From assembly GCA_964436855.1 (NCBI GenBank), contig CAYTED010000004.1, positions 67,627 through 131,626 on the forward strand: DNA of 64,000 nucleotides, given 5' to 3'. Within the stretch, counting starts at the first letter, position 1; the number at the start of each line of letters is the position of its first letter. Of this stretch, positions 56,397 through 64,000 are shown piece by piece. Source of the DNA: an uncultured Bdellovibrionales bacterium. GTDB lineage: Bacteria; Patescibacteriota; Minisyncoccia; Moranbacterales; UBA1568. The notes under the pieces were generated by a model. It saw only the letters and a list, made by a program, of their open reading frames with translations, was not told the DNA's origin and did not search any database. Both the position numbers and the translations under genes were made by a program.

Positions 56397-57869
56397 ATGC
56401 ACCTCCCCCGAAGAACGCCGCGAATATTTCTCTTTCTTATTGTATCGCTTCTTCTTATTGGAGCGCTTGTTCTTTTTGGAAAAGCCGCCTTCTTTTCCTC
56501 GAAAATCAGCATCGAAAAAAACAAAAATCCGTTTGAAAACGCAAAAAAAATCGCCATGGAAACTCTCCGAAAAAAACCGTTACCGCTCAAAGAAACGGAC
56601 GGACGCATCAATATTCTTCTTCTCGGACGCGCCGGAACGGCCTACCCCGGAAGAAACCTCACGGATACGATTATGCTCCTTTCCATCGATACCGAGCGAA
56701 AAGAAACCGGTATCCTCTCCCTTCCGCGCGATCTCTACGCACCGATTCCCGAAACCAATCTCTACACGAAAATAAACTCTCTGTACCAATACGGCTTACA
56801 TACGAACAAGAAAAATCCCTTCGAGCCGATTTCAAAATCCGTTTCGATCATAACCGGTGAACCGATCCACTATGTCTTTTCTCTCGATTTCGACGGATTT
56901 GAAAAAGCGATCGATACGGTTGGCGGCGTTTCTCTCTACAATGACCGCTCTCTCTACGATACGCGCTATCCCGGAAAAAATTATTCCTACGAGACCTTCG
57001 AACTCTCCGAAGGTTGGCATACTCTCGACGGAAAAACGGCGCTCAAATACGTTCGCGAACGACACGGCGATCCGCGCGGCGACTTCGGCCGAGCCAAACG
57101 ACAGCAAGACGTGCTTCTTTCGCTCCGGGAAAAACTCTTCTCCCCCGCGCTTTTTGCCAATGTTTTCGCGATCGGAAATCTGATTGACGCGCTCGGCGAC
57201 AGCGTACAAACCGATATCGCACCGGAAGAATATCGGTCTTTTATCGAACTCGCAAAAACAATCGATACAAAAAATCTATCTACTCTCGTCATCGATGCGT
57301 GGAGAAAAGAAAGCCTGCTTCGCGCCTCACATATCCCGACCCCTTCCGGCAACGCCTTTATTCTCGTACCGCGCACCGGCAACTGGAATGAAATTCGCGA
57401 CACGGCAAAGCACCTCTTCGACGCAGATGACCTTCAGATGCGGAAAGAAAAAATTCTCGAAGAAGATGCAAGCATCCTCGTCATCGGAACGAAAGAAACG
57501 AAAGAAGAGGCGCTTCGTTTTACGACCTTCCTGAAAAACGAATTCGCGTGGCCATCCGTGCAATTCCTTTCCCTAGGAAATATTTCCGCCGCAGAAGACA
57601 TAAGTACGGTCATCGACCTGACCGGACTCAAAAAACCCTATTCTCTCGACGAACTCTTGAAAAAATTTCCATTTGAAAAAAGAGATACCCTCCCATTCGA
57701 CTCCTCTCTCCTTCCGAAAAAATCCTCCCCAGATATTATTCTCATTCCCGGAGCATCGTTCCGCTCACCGCACCTCTACGACCTCCTGCCGGAAACCGAT
57801 GCTTCAGAAGAAGCGGGGAACGAAGAGACCCCTATCGATCCTCTGCCGTTTCCGGAAATCAACAATTGA
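56397..57869 (+). CDS. LytR-CpsA-Psr (LCP) family cell-envelope phosphotransferase
   Basis: N-terminal TM, INILLLGRAG, TDTIMLLSID and LSLDFDGFEKAIDTVGGV LCP motifs. Confidence 0.75.
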   Translation: MHLPRRTPRIFLFLIVSLLLIGALVLFGKAAFFSSKISIEKNKNPFENAKKIAMETLRKKPLPLKETDGRINILLLGRAGTAYPGRNLTDTIMLLSIDTERKETGILSLPRDLYAPIPETNLYTKINSLYQYGLHTNKKNPFEPISKSVSIITGEPIHYVFSLDFDGFEKAIDTVGGVSLYNDRSLYDTRYPGKNYSYETFELSEGWHTLDGKTALKYVRERHGDPRGDFGRAKRQQDVLLSLREKLFSPALFANVFAIGNLIDALGDSVQTDIAPEEYRSFIELAKTIDTKNLSTLVIDAWRKESLLRASHIPTPSGNAFILVPRTGNWNEIRDTAKHLFDADDLQMRKEKILEEDASILVIGTKETKEEALRFTTFLKNEFAWPSVQFLSLGNISAAEDISTVIDLTGLKKPYSLDELLKKFPFEKRDTLPFDSSLLPKKSSPDIILIPGASFRSPHLYDLLPETDASEEAGNEETPIDPLPFPEINN

Positions 57870-57913
57870 TTGTATGCTATTCGTAGCTCTCTCAAGATCA
57901 CTTTTCATTTTTC

Positions 57914-58468
57914 ATGACAAGTATGAAACTCATCGTCGGTCTCGGTAATCCCGGAGAAAAATACAAAGACACCCGACACAATGTGGGTTTTCTTTTTGTC
58001 GAGAGACTTCGAAAAAAATGGGATTTTCCTTCATTCGAAAGTTTGCCGCGCTTCGAAGCGCTCGTCGCCACGGGAACAATGAGTGACGAAAAAATACTCC
58101 TTGTCAAACCCGAAACCTATATGAATCGGTCCGGAAAAAGCGTCGTCTCACTCCTTTCATTTTATAAACTCTCCCCCTCCGACCTCATGGTAGTTCATGA
58201 CGACCTCGACATCGAGAAAGGCAAGTGTAAAGGGACACCCTCCGCTTCTTCCGCCGGACACAATGGTGTGTCGGACATTATCGAACGACTCGGAACACAA
58301 GAGTTTTTTCGCCTTCGTATCGGCATCGGCCGTTCGGAAGATAAAACGCCCCCACATGATTATGTCTTGCAATCTTTCCACGACGAAGAATTTTCACTCC
58401 TCGCCGAAAAGACATTTCCCGAAGCTGAAGCAAAACTCACCGAATGGCTGAAAGTCTCAAAAATTTAA
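57914..58468 (+). CDS. pth: Peptidyl-tRNA hydrolase
   Basis: MKLIVGLGNPGEKYKDTRHNVGF. Confidence 0.9.
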   Translation: MTSMKLIVGLGNPGEKYKDTRHNVGFLFVERLRKKWDFPSFESLPRFEALVATGTMSDEKILLVKPETYMNRSGKSVVSLLSFYKLSPSDLMVVHDDLDIEKGKCKGTPSASSAGHNGVSDIIERLGTQEFFRLRIGIGRSEDKTPPHDYVLQSFHDEEFSLLAEKTFPEAEAKLTEWLKVSKI

Positions 58469-58627
58469 AATAAAAATCCCCGGATCCCCGTCCGTAGCAA
58501 GATTCCGCAAAAGATCAGGAGGGAGATCCTTCGAAGAACCGCACGGACAGAGATCCAGGGACTCTTTGAATTGTGGCGACATCCTAGCGGGAAGCGCCGT
58601 TTTTGTCAATATTCCGTTCAATAAAGT

Positions 58628-60601
58628 ATGTCTTTTCGAAAAAAAATTCTCGTCAGCATTATCGTTCTTTCTGCACCAATCTCCGTCTCCGCATTCGAAA
58701 ATCCCATTCTTCTTTCCGAAATTCAAATCGCCGGAAAAAATGCCGATGATGAATTTATCGAGCTCTACAATCCGAGCGGCATCTCCCTTTCACTCGACGG
58801 ACTCGTTCTCTGTCGGAAAACAAGCAGCGGATCACTTTCTCAAATAAAATCTTTTTCATCCAAAGATACCATTCCCGAAAAAGGATTTTTTCTCTTCGCA
58901 CATAGCGAGAGCATCTTCGTTTCGATTCCGCCGGATGCGAGTACAAAATCTTCTCCGCTTTCGGCAAACAATAGCCTCGCCCTGACTGATAGCTGCTCGA
59001 CAAAGCAACCACCGTCGATAATTCTTGATAGCGTCGCGTGGGGATCGGGGAAAATATTCGGCGAAAATACCGCGATTGTGAGTGCTATTCCGGATTCGAA
59101 AAGTATTGTCCGAAATCGCGAAACCCTCATATGGTCAATAAGCGACGCCCCGACACCAACAAATAAAGATGGGGAAACTCTCATTCCACAAGAGCCGAAT
59201 CCGAAACCGGAACCAATCCTATTCCCCTCCACCGTCCGTATCAATGAGCTCTTCCCAAATCCGGAAGAAAAGGGTGAGGCAAATGAGTGGATTGAGCTTT
59301 TCAACACCGGGGAAGAGGCGGTTGATCTCTCACACTGGAAACTTTCCAAAAAATCCGCAAGCTACACCTTCCCCGAAGGAAAAAAGATTCTCGGCAGAAA
59401 CTTCATCATCATTCCTCGATCCGATTCAAAGCTCGCCCTGAAAAATAGCGGCGAAGAAACGCTCTCTCTTATCGATCCGTCAGGCCATACCGTTCACTCT
59501 GTCTCCTACATCTCCACCAAAGAAGAAGCATCGTACAATTTTTTTGAAAACAATGTCTTCCGGTGGAGTCATATGCTCACACCGGGAAGCGAAAATAGAT
59601 TCAATAACGCGCCCGAGAAAAAAGATTCAGACATTCCAAAAACAGGATTCAAAAATGTTCCTATTCATTTTTTTGCCAAGGGAAAGGATCGTGATCATGA
59701 GTCACTCAAGTACATTTGGAGCTTCGGCGATGGACACAAAAGTTATAAAAAAGAAACGACGCACACCTACGAGGAAACCGGGACCTTTAGCGGTACTCTG
59801 ACTATAACCGATGGAACAGAAGATTCCATTACACCGTTTTCTGTCAAAATAGAATCGTACGAGCCGCCGAAAATCCGAATTGTCTCATTTGAACCAAATC
59901 CCGAAGGCCGTGATACCGAAAACGAAACGATCGAGCTGGAAAACCGATCAAAAAAACAAGTGAATCTCATCGGATGGAGTGTCGCGACCGGATCAAAAAA
60001 ACTCGTGAATCACCCTATTCGAACGGATTTCCGGATCGAAGGAAAATCAACACGATTCCTCACTCGCACTGACGCCGCTTTTTCACTCAACAACAAGAAA
60101 GGAAAAATTGAACTCCGCGCGCCGAACGGCGAGACAATACAGAAAATAAAATACGCATTCGATGAATCGATCAAAGAGGGCGGCATAATGAAAAAAGAAA
60201 AAGGAAAAAAATGGACACTTGTTCAAGAAACAGAAAGCAAAGAATCGGAAACAACGGATACCGAAATTGAAAATGAGCAAAATATCGAGGAAAATTTTAT
60301 CGAAACAAAATCTCAACTCGAACAGGATACCGAAATCATTATCTCCAAACGAAAAGAAGGATCACCACTCTCTTCTTCTGAAACCAATCTCGACACAGAA
60401 ATGAGAAAGCTTCTCTCCCTCGGAACCGGCATCAATACGCCGGCATCATTTTTCATTTCCCCCACTGTCGCCGGCGCAACGGATGAAATCTTCCAAAACA
60501 AAAAAGACATCCCATCCAGAACATCCAATCCCTCACTCTTCGAAACGATAAACGAGACAATCAATCACGTTCTCAATAATAGAGACGAAAATACCCTGTG
60601 A
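58628..60601 (+). CDS. Secreted multidomain protein with three lamin-tail-domain (LTD) repeats and a PKD-like domain
   Basis: Signal peptide. LTD motifs LSEIQIAG...DEFIELYNPS, INELFPNPEEKGEANEWIELFNTG and VSFEPNPEGRDTENETIELEN. PKD-like WSFGDGHKSYKKETTHTYEETGTFSGTLTITDG. Confidence 0.65.
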   Translation: MSFRKKILVSIIVLSAPISVSAFENPILLSEIQIAGKNADDEFIELYNPSGISLSLDGLVLCRKTSSGSLSQIKSFSSKDTIPEKGFFLFAHSESIFVSIPPDASTKSSPLSANNSLALTDSCSTKQPPSIILDSVAWGSGKIFGENTAIVSAIPDSKSIVRNRETLIWSISDAPTPTNKDGETLIPQEPNPKPEPILFPSTVRINELFPNPEEKGEANEWIELFNTGEEAVDLSHWKLSKKSASYTFPEGKKILGRNFIIIPRSDSKLALKNSGEETLSLIDPSGHTVHSVSYISTKEEASYNFFENNVFRWSHMLTPGSENRFNNAPEKKDSDIPKTGFKNVPIHFFAKGKDRDHESLKYIWSFGDGHKSYKKETTHTYEETGTFSGTLTITDGTEDSITPFSVKIESYEPPKIRIVSFEPNPEGRDTENETIELENRSKKQVNLIGWSVATGSKKLVNHPIRTDFRIEGKSTRFLTRTDAAFSLNNKKGKIELRAPNGETIQKIKYAFDESIKEGGIMKKEKGKKWTLVQETESKESETTDTEIENEQNIEENFIETKSQLEQDTEIIISKRKEGSPLSSSETNLDTEMRKLLSLGTGINTPASFFISPTVAGATDEIFQNKKDIPSRTSNPSLFETINETINHVLNNRDENTL

Positions 60602-60671
60602 GCGGGATACGAGAATCGAACTCGCGTCCTTAGCTTGGGAAGCTAATGTACTACCATTGTACTAATCCCGC
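60601..60671 (-). tRNA. tRNA-Gly (anticodon CCC)
   Basis: Acceptor GCGGGAT/ATCCCGC, anticodon stem TTAGC/GCTAA, loop TTCCCAA, T-loop TTCGATT. Overlaps the LTD gene stop by 1 nt. Confidence 0.75.
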
Positions 60672-60743
60672 GTATGAAACCTTCATCATTTTCAAAACCG
60701 TCATTGCCTGATAGAATAGAATCATAATTTTTCTCGAAAATCA

Positions 60744-62189
60744 ATGTTTTCCTTTTTCCAAGCCCATCGGAAGCTCTTTTTGTTTGGTATTCTTTTCCTC
60801 GGCATCGGTATCGCACTCGCCTTTTTCGTCCCATCGTATACGAAAACCCACAAGACCGAAATCGCCCGAACCGGATCGACCATACTGAAAAATATCTCAA
60901 AACTTCTCCCGCTTGAGCCGGATACCAAAAAAGAAATTGAGGTAATCGATAGTATCGTCTCCAAACTCACCGAAAAAAATGGAAAGACTTGGGTGATTTT
61001 TATTCTCCTGCAAAATAACTACGAACTCCGTCCCGGTGGTGGCTTCCTCGGACAATACGCAGTCCTAAAGGTAAAAGACGGTGAAGTGGTTTCACTTACA
61101 GTCGAAGACGCAAACCTTCTCGATCAACGCATCAAAAACGCCGATATCAAAGTTACTCCCCCGTGGCCACTGACGCGGTATATGCAGATCAAGCGCTGGA
61201 TGCTTCGTGATTCAAATTTTTCACCGGATTTTCCATTCAATGCCGGAAAAGCGGAATACTTTTATCGCCTCGGTGGCGGTCGTGAGAAATTCGATGCGGT
61301 CGTCGCAGTCAATGCAACCGTCTTCGATCATATGCTCGGACTCACCGGACCGATTCAGGTTCCGGGATACACGGGAACCTACTCAAGTGATGGCGGCGCA
61401 CTCAAACTCGAAGAAGCGGTCGAAAAATCCTACCTCGGAGACGATGTCGCCGCCGAGCTCAAAGAAAACCGAAAGAATGTGATGAAAAGACTCGCGGGTA
61501 TTATGATCGACAAACTCGCAACAGTCGAAAATATTCCGAAAGTCGTTGAACTCGGCCTCTCGGAACTCCGAGAAAAAAACGTGATGCTTTTTTTCAAAGA
61601 CGAATCCCTGCAAAACGCTGTCAAAAACGTCTACTGGGATGGCTCGGTCACAACGGATTGGAAGAAAGACTACGTAATGGTTGTTGATGCAAACTTGGGC
61701 GCTCTCAAATCCGACTATTATGTAAAGCGATCTCTCGAATATGTCGCCGATTTCACCGGTGAAAAACCAAAAGCAACCGTTACCTATACCTACGATCACA
61801 CCGCCTCCTACGGCGACTGGCGCACAAGCGACTATCACACCTATACTCGCATCCTCGCACCAACTGGATCGAAATATATCGACCAATCTCGCCTTCACAC
61901 CGGAGGTGTCATTGCGCAAGACTCTACCGATCTCGGAAAGACTGTGTTTGGGTACAAGGTTGACGCTCTTATTGGACAGACCCTGCCAACGGCGATTAGT
62001 TACGAACTTCCTGAATCCATCACGTCAGAAAACTACGAACTTCTCATTCAAAAACAATCCGGGATCGGAAACATTCCCGTAAAAGTAACGCTCAAAACAA
62101 ATAAAGGCGAGTTCACGCACGAAGACACCCTGAAAAAAGACCTTCGCATCACCTTCGCAGAAAATCAGACCGAAGAGACAACAAATTAA
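60744..62189 (+). CDS. DUF4012 domain protein (membrane-anchored)
   Basis: N-terminal TM and ELRPGGGFLGQYA (the DUF4012 hallmark). Confidence 0.6.
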   Translation: MFSFFQAHRKLFLFGILFLGIGIALAFFVPSYTKTHKTEIARTGSTILKNISKLLPLEPDTKKEIEVIDSIVSKLTEKNGKTWVIFILLQNNYELRPGGGFLGQYAVLKVKDGEVVSLTVEDANLLDQRIKNADIKVTPPWPLTRYMQIKRWMLRDSNFSPDFPFNAGKAEYFYRLGGGREKFDAVVAVNATVFDHMLGLTGPIQVPGYTGTYSSDGGALKLEEAVEKSYLGDDVAAELKENRKNVMKRLAGIMIDKLATVENIPKVVELGLSELREKNVMLFFKDESLQNAVKNVYWDGSVTTDWKKDYVMVVDANLGALKSDYYVKRSLEYVADFTGEKPKATVTYTYDHTASYGDWRTSDYHTYTRILAPTGSKYIDQSRLHTGGVIAQDSTDLGKTVFGYKVDALIGQTLPTAISYELPESITSENYELLIQKQSGIGNIPVKVTLKTNKGEFTHEDTLKKDLRITFAENQTEETTN

Positions 62190-62265
62190 AACAAGTCTAA
62201 AAAAATCAAAGCCCCCGGGTCGTTACCGAGGGCCGTAAGGCGCTTGATGTTTTGGCAACAAGCGA

Positions 62266-62442
62266 TTAGTGGAACTCGCGACGTGTGCCGCATCGCCGAC
62301 AGGCGATAGAGTAGCAGTCGCAGCGATCCGTTCTTTTGTGTTCACAGGTTCGATGACCGCGAACACGACAGTAGCAAACAATCATGAAGTGTAGAGCGTC
62401 TTGTGTTTTTTGGGACAGTCCCAATCCCAATACTACAGCCAT
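62266..62442 (-). CDS. Cys-rich small protein or peptide (58 aa, 8 Cys) with a consensus SD
   Basis: ATG at 62440-62442 preceded by GAAGGAGGTGTGTG. Sequence MAVVLGLGLSQKTQDALHFMIVCYCRVRGHRTCEHKRTDRCDCYSIACRRCGTRREFH. ORF track 62266..62496. TTGCAT-18-TATATT promoter-like upstream. Hairpin plus T-tract downstream. Confidence 0.5.
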   Translation of the reverse strand: MAVVLGLGLSQKTQDALHFMIVCYCRVRGHRTCEHKRTDRCDCYSIACRRCGTRREFH

Positions 62443-62671
62443 CACACACCTCCTTCTTCTTTGTTGGTGACTGGTTGATAAGGAATATACACCCAAACAG
62501 GAAAAGGATGCAAAACAACTTATCCACCGATTTCAAATATTCGGCTTTTTTCATTTTTGACTATCAAAAAAACGTCTCGTCATCATTCACGAAGGACTCC
62601 TCGGCTCTCTTCCAAAAGTTATCACTCACGCTCCCAAGATAATACAAGCAAAAAAAAATAGCCCCGATTCA

Positions 62672-62700
62672 TTTGCAAAAAATTGGCAACTGTTGTATAA
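62672..62700 (+). promoter_or_regulatory. Sigma-70-like promoter TTGCAA-17-TATAAA for the 62798 gene
   Basis: tttgcaaaaaattggcaactgttgtataaa read in the sequence. Confidence 0.4.
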
Positions 62701-62797
62701 AAATGGAAACGAACAACAGAGTCTGTTTTTCGTTTGGGGAGGATTCGACAGCGATCGAATCCATGGAGAAAATTGTATCGCAAAAGGAGGTTGCACC

Positions 62798-63136
62798 ATG
62801 TCACTTGCTGTTGGAATAAGCGCTGGTGAAAAGCTTGGAATTAAGTTTCTTCCGAACTGCGTCTTGGGAGACGATGCTGACATTCCACCACCGCCAGACA
62901 CCGAAGCGGAGCAGCAAAGAACAATGAAAAAGCTCCAGCACGAGCATCAAACCAGAAGTCATGTAGCAGGCAAAGCGCTTCTCGCGGGAGTAAAAATCTC
63001 TCGAATGCCGAACAGTGAGACGCTCTCCCGAGCAGAAACTCGGGATTACAGTGTCCGGGGATGCAAACGAGGATTTGGTGGATGTTTTTCCGCGCGAGGA
63101 AGCAAAAATCCGCGCCACTTCCACACCGAAGAATAA
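62798..63136 (+). CDS. Hypothetical protein (112 aa)
   Basis: ATG at 62798 with SD AAGGAGG (8-nt spacer). The ORF-track extension to 62693 runs through the promoter. No recognisable domain. Confidence 0.45.
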   Translation: MSLAVGISAGEKLGIKFLPNCVLGDDADIPPPPDTEAEQQRTMKKLQHEHQTRSHVAGKALLAGVKISRMPNSETLSRAETRDYSVRGCKRGFGGCFSARGSKNPRHFHTEE

Positions 63137-63179
63137 CCACTCCTCCGCCCAAGGAAACCCGACCACTCGGCCGGGTTTT

Positions 63180-63503
63180 TCATTTTCCCAAAATAAAATC
63201 CTGCGACGAACGTTTCAAGAGAGAAAGAAACTCTTCAAAATTATCCTCCGAAGAAAGATCATTGATTTTCTCATATCCACACCGCACACATCGATGCGTC
63301 ACTCGTCGACGACGACGCTCTTCCTTCGCCAAGACAGGCTCCATCATTCCCCCGCACCGAGCCAAACGATCTCCCGGAAAAAGATCGACATGCTTGCTCC
63401 ACAGACACTTCGGGCAATGATTGGTATACCCATTCCCCTTCACCGAGCACCCACATCGCTCACAAGAAAAATCTTCAATTTTCTTTGAAAACATTTTTGC
63501 CAT
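63180..63503 (-). CDS. RNHCP-domain protein (Cys-rich zinc-ribbon-like)
   Basis: CERCGCSVKGNGYTNHCPKCLWSKHVD...CVRCGYEK matches the RNHCP domain pattern. Confidence 0.55.
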   Translation of the reverse strand: MAKMFSKKIEDFSCERCGCSVKGNGYTNHCPKCLWSKHVDLFPGDRLARCGGMMEPVLAKEERRRRRVTHRCVRCGYEKINDLSSEDNFEEFLSLLKRSSQDFILGK

Positions 63504-63575
63504 ATTCCCTTAGCATACGTCACCGGAAGAAAAAAGAAAGCTGCAGAAACACACATTGTCAATACGCACACCTCT

Positions 63576-63998
63576 ATGATATTCTACAGCCGCTACCATA
63601 TTTACCGAATAATCACCTGGGCATTTTTTATCCATTCGTGGGGAGAAAGGGTAACCTTGATGCACATGAATGGAGCCCTCGTGGTGAAAGTAAATGTGGT
63701 AGCCATCAGGTTACCTTTTTTCATTTCTCCAAAATATGCGTTTTTTAAGAAAAACTCTCGGCTTGGCATATCTTTTGTTTGCAATATTACTTGCTATCCC
63801 GATACTGAGCATCTCTTATCTTTACTCACTATGGCAAAAGATAAAGCAGGAGAAATAATTTCCTGGAGTTTTTTCGTACTCGGTTCGATAATTTTTATTA
63901 TCATCGATCTCAAACCCTCAAACGAAAAAAAAGATTTACAAAATTACTGGTTCAAAAAAGGATACAATCAGTGCAGACTGGACAACAAGCTCTATTAA
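63576..63998 (+). CDS. Hypothetical protein, possibly shorter (membrane segment near the C-terminus)
   Basis: ORF-track ORF only. AT-rich, no supporting motif. Confidence 0.2.
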   Translation: MIFYSRYHIYRIITWAFFIHSWGERVTLMHMNGALVVKVNVVAIRLPFFISPKYAFFKKNSRLGISFVCNITCYPDTEHLLSLLTMAKDKAGEIISWSFFVLGSIIFIIIDLKPSNEKKDLQNYWFKKGYNQCRLDNKLY

Positions 63999-64000
63999 AA

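Noticed and set aside
1-64000. CRISPR arrays, rRNA genes, intact IS or transposase genes, prophage
   Set aside because: No regularly spaced direct repeats, no rRNA-like conserved blocks and no transposase or integrase ORFs were found. Only small MITE-like repeats and nuclease genes are present.

Overview
This 64-kb window is a compact, gene-dense bacterial chromosome segment of about 48% GC. It probably comes from a Patescibacteria/CPR-type genome. The clues are many small genes, lamin-tail-domain and DUF4012 proteins, PMT-like GT-C glycosyltransferases, a short EF-Ts, and standard code with TGA as a stop. The first 10 kb holds a conserved translation cluster: tRNA-Thr, tRNA-Tyr, tRNA-Thr, rpmG, tRNA-Trp, tRNA-Glu, then tsf-rpsB and rpmE-prfA-prmC. 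AT-rich nuclease genes (an HTH plus LAGLIDADG-like protein and a GIY-YIG protein) have been inserted into it, and a 19-nt duplicate of the tRNA-Thr 3' end sits upstream of rpmG. From 10 to 17 kb there are envelope and recombination genes: a WecA/MraY-like GT fused to DUF192, rmuC, and a large membrane protein. The most unusual region is 17.1-26.7 kb, a co-directional block on the minus strand. It comprises a TraG/VirD4-like coupling ATPase, two small acidic proteins, and three large coiled-coil, Pro/Thr/Ser-rich proteins of 1034, 552 and 442 aa with no recognisable family. Two tandem PMT/ArnT-family GT-C glycosyltransferases (26.8-30.5 kb) lie immediately upstream of this block on the opposite strand. 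This is the best candidate for an undescribed secretion or surface system, possibly O-glycosylated. From 31 to 56 kb there is a long minus-strand run of housekeeping genes: ftsQ-like, holB, two GT4, mreB, murA, trxB, gdhA, csoR-like, murD, an amidohydrolase, gap-fba-tpiA, galT, a GT2, rpsU, HIT, hisS and lepB. This run is interrupted by a 1.2-kb high-GC foreign island carrying a frameshifted ParB-like nuclease gene and by two families of MITE-like inverted-repeat elements. One GT4 gene carries in-frame microsatellite-like tandem repeats. The last 8 kb encodes an LCP protein, pth, a secreted LTD/PKD protein, tRNA-Gly, a DUF4012 protein, and a divergent pair of a strongly expressed Cys-rich 58-aa peptide and a 112-aa protein beside an RNHCP-domain gene. 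No rRNA, CRISPR array or intact transposase was found.
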